Source: Acidimicrobiales bacterium
Lineage (GTDB): Bacteria; Actinomycetota; Acidimicrobiia; Acidimicrobiales; Bin134
DNA length: 64,000 nucleotides
Assembly: GCA_965200775.1 (NCBI GenBank)
Contig: OZ241383.1
Coordinates: 1,141,008-1,205,007 of the forward strand
Direction: 5' to 3'
This document shows positions 58,296-64,000 of the stretch, piece by piece. Positions within the stretch are counted from its first letter, which is position 1. The number at the start of each line of letters is the position of its first letter. A model generated the notes under the pieces. It did no database searches and had not been told where the DNA came from. It saw only the letters and a list, made by a program, of their open reading frames with translations. A program made the position numbers and the translations under genes.

Positions 58296-59123
58296 AGGCT
58301 GCTGGTGCTGCCAGAGGGTGCTGATGGGCAGGGCCCAGAGGCGGTCGGCTAGGGGGAGGGTGGCTAGGCCGGTGTGGAGGACTATGCCGGCGAGGAAATG
58401 GTCGCCGGTGTGGTCTCGAAGCCAGGCCAGGTGGCGGGCGTCGTCGAAAGAGGGTGCTGCGGTGGCTTTGATCTCGAAGGCGATCAGGCGCTGGGCGTTG
58501 AGCTCGGCGACCACGTCGAACTCGTGGCGGCCGTGGTGCTAGCGGAGGTGGTAGAGGCGGCAGCGGTGTTCGCTGGCGCTCGCCTGTGCCCTCAGCTGAG
58601 CGACGACAAAGGTCTCGAGCAGCCGCCCTAGGAGGTTGCCGTCGCGCATGGCGGTGTCGGCGGTGCTGCTGGTCACCGAGGCCAACAGCGAAGAGTCGAC
58701 GAGGAACCGCTTAGGCGTGAGGGACAAACGCTTGAGCAGGTTCGATGTCCAGGCGGGCAGCTCGTCGACGATGTGCAGCCGGCCCAGCAGCTCCAGATAG
58801 CGCAGCATGGTGCGACGGTTGATGCCAGCAGCCTCAGCGAGGGTAGCGTCGTCGGTCACCCCGGCTGAGTTCAGCGCGTACGCCTCGGAGAAGCGCCCGA
58901 GCCTGACGTCGTCGTAGTTGCCGCCCGCGGTCTCGGAGCCGCGTGTGACGATCTCGTTGACGTAGGTCTCCAGCCACAGGCGCCGGGCCGGTTCGAGCAA
59001 CCGTTCGATGCACGACGCCACAGTGACCGACTGCACAGATTTGACAGCTCTGAGTACCACAATTTGACACCTACGAGTACCGACCTCCGACGCCCCTCCC
59101 CGCCTCTGCCGGGGAAATGTCAC
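58272..59123 (-). pseudogene. DUF4143-type AAA ATPase remnant (5'-truncated, in-frame TAG at 58539-58541)
   Basis: Track ORFs 58539..59123 and 58272..58514 share a frame (..RLYHLR*HHGRHEFDVVAELN..). Only the C-terminal half of the family layout is present (..RRLWLETYVNEIV...INRRTMLRYLELL...PAWTSNLLKRL). Confidence 0.65.
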
Positions 59124-59128
59124 ACCCG
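59108..59128. repeat. Left copy of an inverted repeat of about 20 bp (ccggggaaatgtcacacccgg)
   Basis: The reverse complement of 59997-60018 (ccgagggaaagtgtcacacccc) matches, with two 1-nt indels. Confidence 0.7.
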
Positions 59129-59301
59129 GTGCTTAGCGTCAAACAGCGGCCAGTGGGCTTAGGGATGTCGCAGGTGGGTTGAACACCCCGTGGGAACTCG
59201 CGATTTGCGTTGCATGGATAGTCCCACAGGGTTATCCTGGCTTGAATCCTCCCCGCCTGGCCTGCTAGCAGGGCATGGCGGGGGTTTATCGTTTCAGGCC
59301 C

Positions 59302-59934
59302 ATGTCCAAAACGCGAGTCGTCGTCTTCATCGACTACCAGAACGTCTACCACTCTGCGAGGGAGCTGTTCGGAGGGCCAGGGAGGGCCCATCCGTCCATC
59401 GGGAATGTGGACCCGTTGAAATACGGGCAGATGCTTTGCGACCTTGGCAAGGCAAAAGACCCCAACCGGGCCCTCCAGAGCGTACGCGTATACAGGGGTA
59501 GGCCGGTCCGCGGTGAAGGGCACGAGAAGGTTTGCTGAGCATTCGACCGTCAGGTCGCCAGATGGCGGAGAACCTCAGGCGTGGAACTGTTCACTCGACC
59601 ACTGAGGTACTACCCAGCCATAAGCGATACCGGGCAGCGCTACAGACGTGGTGAAGAGAAAGGCGTGGACGTGATGATGGCGTTGGACATCGTCGTCGAA
59701 GCGATCAAGGATGCATACGATGTCGCGATCGTGGCCACCGCTGATAGCGACTTACTTCCAGCAGTGGAACACCCCCTTGCTGCCAAGAAGCGCGTTGAAA
59801 CTGCTACATGGTGGGCTCGCAAATCACCCCGCGGCCAACTGAGAGTCCCGAGCCGCAAGATCTGGAACCACAACCTCGACAAGAGCAAATTCGACATTGT
59901 GCGAGACGACACCGATTACCTTGCTCTCCCCTGA
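59302..59934 (+). pseudogene. NYN (LabA/PIN-like) domain protein with an in-frame TGA at 59536-59538
   Basis: MSKTRVVVFIDYQNVY... continues in the same frame after the TGA (..EKVC*AFDRQVARW..RPLRYY..EKGVDVMMALD..ATADSDLLPAV). The track splits it into 59275..59538 and 59581..59934. Confidence 0.65.
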
Positions 59935-59996
59935 CCCAAGGCTCCTCACGACACCTCGGGTCTCAGGCCCAGGACCGATTTCGGCAAACCACTAGA

Positions 59997-60018
59997 GGGG
60001 GTGTGACACTTTCCCTCG
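59997..60018. repeat. Right copy of the inverted repeat flanking the NYN gene
   Basis: See 59108-59128. Confidence 0.7.
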
Positions 60019-60050
60019 GCCAACAGCTGAGCGCCAGAGTTCACTCCTTC

Positions 60051-60577
60051 GGTAGTTGGTTAACCTGGTTGTTCCGGTTATTGCAGTGAATATCCAAAGT
60101 TCTAGGTATTGTCTAGTGTTTGTCTGGAATTGCCAGTTTTTTCGGTTGATATTGTTACTGGGGTCGGTAGACTACATGGCATGGATTTAGGGCTCCTCAC
60201 CAGGGACAACACCAATACTCAGGCCACCGAGAGGTTTGGCGCTGCGCCGGCGGATGATGGGTTGGGCGGGCTGGTTGATGTTGATCCGATGGAGTTGGAT
60301 TCAGCAGAGGTAGCCAAGCTGATCTTGCAAGTCGACTCGACGCGTCGAAAGCTCGACGGTTTGCTCACCGTGTTGTTGGGCCGGTTCGGTGACCTCGAAG
60401 GCGAAGACGCCGTTGTGGAGTTGTGCCGGCAGTTTGGGGTGGGCCGTCACAAAGCCCGCCGTCAAGCCAAAACCGCGTCAATCCTCAAAGACCTGCCCTA
60501 CACGCTGGAGGCTTCAAAGGACGGGTGGATCACCATCGACCACGCCCAAGTAGTCGGCTAATCCCACCAAAGAGCCC
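60051..60577. repeat. DUF222/HNH repeat element, copy 2, left arm
   Basis: Matches 32596-33122 with a handful of substitutions (for example gaacct versus aatact). It ends at the transposon target site. Confidence 0.9.
60109..60561 (+). pseudogene. DUF222/HNH gene copy 2, 5' part (same TAA stop as copy 1)
   Basis: The 150-aa ORF is identical to copy 1 except EP versus NT at residues 36-37. Confidence 0.8.
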
Positions 60578-60603
60578 GGGGCTTATATCGGATGGTGCCC
60601 AAG
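60578..60603. repeat. Terminal inverted repeat, left (ggggcttatatcggatggtgcccaag)
   Basis: Exact reverse complement of 63176-63201. Confidence 0.95.
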
Positions 60604-60608
60604 CACTC

Positions 60609-60731
60609 TCACTCACGGGTTCGCAGCACGGCATCCGCCAGCTCCTCGGGGGTGCAGTCAAAACGAAACACCTCATCAGGATCGTAAAGGTGCTCCAGCT
60701 CCGGCGGTATGGGATCTTCTTCTGGTGTCAT
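60609..60731 (-). CDS. Small acidic ORF (40 aa) inside the transposon
   Basis: ATG at 60731 preceded by GAAGGAGA. Sequence MTPEEDPIPPELEHLYDPDEVFRFDCTPEELADAVLRTRE. Below the ORF-track length cut-off. No recognised family. Confidence 0.35.
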   Translation of the reverse strand: MTPEEDPIPPELEHLYDPDEVFRFDCTPEELADAVLRTRE

Positions 60732-60742
60732 AGCCGTCTCCT

Positions 60743-62148
60743 TCATCGCATATGACCCAGTTTCGCATTCTGCCTACGCAGTCCTGTCAGCGTGTAGATA
60801 TTGCTTTTCAGCTTATTGCAAGGCCCGCACAACAGTATGCGGTTTGTGATGTGGTTCATGCCGCCTTCGGATCGGGGAATGTTGTGGTCCAACTCCAGAT
60901 AGCGGGGATCGTCGAACTCGCGGTCGCACCCCTGACACTTCTGGCCCTCCTGAGCAATGAGGTGGTTGTACATCTCAGCACGACTCCATTTAGGGCCTTC
61001 TGGCTCCTTCACACGTTCCTTGACGCGTAGGAACGGCGAGCCAACCTCGCCACCGTCGGTTCTAGCAGGAGGCTCAGTGGAGTATGTAACCTTTCCCAGT
61101 ATCCCAGTTATGTCCTTCAACCGATCTACTACCACATTATGAGCACCATCCCAAATGTCCGCTCCAACCCACGACCTTTCCAGCTTCTCGGCAGCCACAC
61201 AGGTCGTAGCACAACCAGCAAATGGGTCGAACACCACGCCACCCTTCAGTGTCCCCGTCTCGATGATTTGATAGTATAGGTTCAACGGCTTTTAGTGGGC
61301 CAGAGATATGGCTCTTTGGCCTTCTGTTTGGATCCCTTCTTCCGAATAGGGGTGAACTCGGTCCACCAGTCAGGTCCAGTCGTCCCCCTGTTCTCGTCAA
61401 GCCACACTTCGTTCAAATCATTCGGCACCGACTTGAGTCCTGCGAACACACCGGGATTAGTGTCCTTCAAGCGTTGATAGGTGATCTGTCCACTGGCATC
61501 AAAGTACGGCCCATACCGCTTCCTGGTTGACTGTGAGAGCGGTGCCATCGCCACTTCGCCTACGACACACGATTTGTTATCTTTCGCATACCACAGGATC
61601 AGGTCGTGGGTTCTCTTGTAGTAGTCGGTGTTCCTCCGTCCTGCCGGATCGGTGTAGCACCACACGATCTCGTTGCGGAAGTTTTTGTGCCCGAACACCG
61701 CATCCAGCGTGATCTTGAGATAGTGGCTGGCTGTGGGGTCGCAGTGCAGGAACAAATTGCCGGTGGACTTCAACAGCCGGTGCATCTCAATGATACGGAC
61801 AGCCATAAAACATATGTATGCTCCCATACTGTCCGAGTGTGCATAGCGGGCAGATTCGATGGCCTCAAGCAAATCCGGGTGGTCGTCTGCGATTTGGTCT
61901 ATCCAGTCGCTGTGGACATCATGCTCCCACGACCACCGATCTTGGAACTTTCCGCCAACCTCCAAACTATCGGGGGTGGCGTGGAAATCACGTCCCTTGT
62001 TGAACGGCGGATCGGTGGCGATCAGATCGAGCGTTTCGCTGTTCATACCGCGCATGACCGCCAGGTTGTCGTTGTGGAAAAGCGTGCGGTTCTCCCAATT
62101 CGGTTCGGCCATTATACTGCCAACTCCTCCATGCACCTTCTGGCCCAC
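60743..62148 (-). pseudogene. DNA methyltransferase (DPPF ... PTKS ... DPFAGCATT) fused to a C-terminal HNH nuclease domain, split by a 1-nt frame change at 61282-61285
   Basis: Track ORF 61282..62148 ends ..YLWPTKSR*. ORF 60743..61285 begins (L)NLYYQIIETGTLKGGVVFDPFAGCATT and ends with CQGCDREF..LELDHNIPRSEGG.NHITNRILLCGPCNKLK. The junction mRNA is AGC CGT TGA ACC. Confidence 0.75.
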
Positions 62149-63034
62149 ACCCCGTTCTCGATCAACTGCTCGTAGGTGAGCCTCTTGTGTTCCATACAGC
62201 GCACCATCCCGCCCATCTGGTCGACTGTGTCTTTCGGACGCTCGTTGTGGCGGTGCTCGAATTCTGCCACGTAGCGGTGCAGATGCTCTTCCGACATCTT
62301 GTGGTATGTCCCGTGGTATCCCCTCTTGAGCATGGCCCAGAAACTTTCCATCCCGTTGGTGTGGGCCATCTCGTCAACATACTGGCCCGTGGAGTGGCTC
62401 ACCGAGCGATGGCCGTAGCCCATGCGCGACAAGGGCAGGTAGCCCCTAGCCTCGTCCGTGAACACTGACGACCCCTTGTAGCGTGGTCGGCCACCATACC
62501 CGTCAATGTTCCTGCAGTGATGTCGGGCACCACGCGTGCAGCCACCCGCCCAGTCTCACGGTCCCTCACACCTGCCACAATAGCCTTCCCGACCGGACCG
62601 CCGGCGGCTGTCATCCTCTTATCGGCGTGCTTGTTGCGCTCCAAGCCGCCCACGTAGGTCTCGTCGGCCTCTAGCGTCGAGCTCATCAACGGATCCCCGC
62701 CCGCCATTGCCTCGCGTAGCCTGTGCAAGAGGAACCACGCGGCCTTCTGGCCGATACCCAGATCTCGGTGCAACTTCATAGACGACACCCCCTTCAGGCT
62801 GGTGGACACGATGTAGATCGCCAGCGCCCACGTCTGGTAGCCCAGGTTGGAGCACTCCATCACCGTCCCAGTCCGCACGCTGAACCGCCCGCGGCAGTCG
62901 CGGCACCGGAACGGCATCGTCCTATGCTTCGCACCTGATAGCACGTCCACGCTCCCACACTTGGGGCAGACCACCTTGTCAGGCCAGCGGCGCTTCACAA
63001 GCCACTTGTGGGCCTTCTCACCGGTCGGGAGCAT
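62112..63034 (-). pseudogene. IS1595-family transposase with a frameshift at a G4 run (about 62472-62479)
   Basis: N-terminal zinc-ribbon CPKCGS...CRDCRGRF and the start of the DDE domain (track 62399..63034). The rest (..VFTDEARGY..GYGHRSVSHS..HTNGMESFWAMLKRG..) lies in the -1 frame (track 62112..62465). Confidence 0.8.
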
Positions 63035-63175
63035 CCTAACGCCTGCACCAAGGTCATCCCGTCACGGTCTGCTCGGCCCGGCGCTTTCTTCTTCACTCTG
63101 TCCATTCCGACACACTACGGACAGCGAGTGACAGTTTATCTGTTTCGCCTAGTCAGACACAGTTTTCAATGTCAT

Positions 63176-63201
63176 CTTGGGCACCATCCGATATAAGCCC
63201 C
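63176..63201. repeat. Terminal inverted repeat, right (cttgggcaccatccgatataagcccc)
   Basis: Exact reverse complement of 60578-60603. Confidence 0.95.
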
Positions 63202-64000
63202 AAGAGCCCCAATGGACGAAGACCAAGAACTTGAGCTCATCGGTTTGGCGATCACCGAGGACCTAGACCAGTTCAAAAAAACCGTCGCCCGCCTCGAAGA
63301 ACAACGAGCCACAGCCGAAGGTCTCAGCCGCCACGAACAACAACGCCGGCGTCGCCGCGCATCAGTGCTCGACAGCGACAACGACATGATCATCCTGCAC
63401 GCGGAGCTGGACCGTGTCGCCGGGGAGCGAGTCAAAACCACCCTCAACGACTTGGACGATCGCATGTTCCGAGAAGACACCAAAACCAGAAACGACCGCA
63501 CCCACCACCAACGCACCGCCGACGCCCTCGTAACGTTGATCACCCAAAAACCCGCCAAACCCGCCCAGACCGAAAAGTCTGAACCTCCCAGCAACGAGCC
63601 CGTAGCGCAGGCGACCACGCTGATCGTCACCGCCCACTACAACACCATCACCAACCGACCCCAACACGCAGGACTGATCGACGGCACCCCCATCGACACC
63701 AACACCCTGCAGCGCATCGCCAGTGACGCAGCAGCGCTACCCACCATCTTCGACAACGACGACCAACCCCTCTACCTCAGCACCAAACAACGATCAACCA
63801 CCCAAGCCCAAAAACTCGCCTTATACGCCCAAGACAAACACTGCACCGGATGCGGACACAAAGCCACCACCTGCCACACCCACCACAACCAATAGTGAGA
63901 ACACAGCGAACCCACCGACATCACAAACCCCGCACTCCTCTGCCCCACCTGCCACAACAAAACCCACAAACACAACCACACCACCACACGGCACCCCAAC
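63202..64000. repeat. DUF222/HNH repeat element, copy 2, right arm (runs off the window)
   Basis: The encoded 227-aa ORF and the antisense ORFs are identical to those of copy 1 (33115-33913). Confidence 0.9.
63212..64000 (+). pseudogene. DUF222/HNH gene copy 2, 3' part (same TAG-TGA stops at 63893-63898)
   Basis: Identical translation to 33125..33808. The HNH tail continues to the window edge. Confidence 0.8.

Larger units (their letters stand above)
60578..63201. mobile_element. IS1595-family-like transposon (2,624 bp) carrying passenger genes
   Basis: Perfect 26-bp terminal inverted repeats. 8-bp direct target duplication AAGAGCCC (60570-60577 and 63202-63209). The uninterrupted target is seen at 33115-33122 in copy 1. 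The offset difference of 2,632 bp equals the element plus the target duplication. Confidence 0.9.

Noticed and set aside
59171-59260. A tRNA-like segment. cTTGAATCCTCCCCGCCTG resembles a T-loop, T-stem and acceptor 3' end, and caggtgg at 59171 could pair as a 7-bp acceptor stem. It could be a tRNA or an att-site remnant.
   Set aside because: No D-arm, anticodon arm or proper T-stem can be folded, and the 90-nt length is atypical. At most it is a degraded 3' tRNA fragment. It needs tRNAscan and comparison with the genome's tRNAs.
59536-59538. In-frame TGA in the NYN gene (..EKVC-TGA-AFDRQ..) as a fourth selenocysteine codon.
   Set aside because: Only weak 4-bp hairpins follow it. NYN/PIN-like nucleases are not redox proteins. 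The gene sits in an island full of single-lesion pseudogenes, and TGG>TGA is a simple G>A change. It is treated as a nonsense mutation.
62465-62480. The -1 frame change in the IS1595-type transposase as a programmed ribosomal frameshift (as in IS1/IS3).
   Set aside because: IS1595-family transposases are single-ORF as far as I know. The site (ACAAGGGG) is not a slippery heptamer, and I saw no downstream structure. A G-run indel is likelier.

Overview
High-G+C chromosomal segment, Actinomycetota-like; a guess at Acidimicrobiia is only a guess. It is densely packed with about 50 supportable protein genes, mostly redox and catabolic enzymes. These include many SDRs, GMC, LLM and ACAD enzymes, a Rieske oxygenase, a P450, four Amidohydro_2 paralogues, two GcvT-type folate enzymes, xylAB, ald with an Lrp regulator, fhs, and an NAD-type formate dehydrogenase. 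No rRNA, intact tRNA or CRISPR array was found.

Main observations:
1. Three genes appear to be selenoprotein genes that the ORF track splits at in-frame TGA codons. Each TGA is followed by a stem-loop. They are a UGSC-motif protein (8403-8951), a GrdB-like protein with a U-x-x-C motif (44722-45876), and the formate dehydrogenase catalytic subunit (50648-52591).
2. The formate dehydrogenase alpha subunit is split, and the gene order is permuted: catalytic part, then a NuoE/F fusion, then the Fe-S N-terminal part.
3. A DUF222/HNH (REP13E12-like) element of at least 1.3 kb occurs twice in direct orientation, 27,455 bp apart. Both copies carry the same three in-frame stops and a sharp strand-composition switch, from GT-rich to AC-rich.
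4. The second copy is interrupted by a 2,624-bp IS1595-like transposon with perfect 26-bp terminal inverted repeats and an 8-bp target duplication. The transposon carries a methyltransferase-HNH fusion. The first copy preserves the empty site.
5. A lower-G+C island (55.2-60.05 kb) holds a DUF4268 nuclease-like gene, an MvaI/BcnI- or MutH-like restriction-modification pair, a DUF4143 ATPase remnant and a NYN gene. The RM pair, the DUF4143 remnant and the NYN gene are disrupted. One disruption lies at a C14 homopolymer.
6. Short tandem duplications (14-48 nt units, MIRU/VNTR-like) sit at many gene termini.

Many long ORFs in the track are antisense or out-of-frame shadow ORFs of a high-GC genome and are not reported. 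Family names are recalled from memory of motifs. No searches were run.
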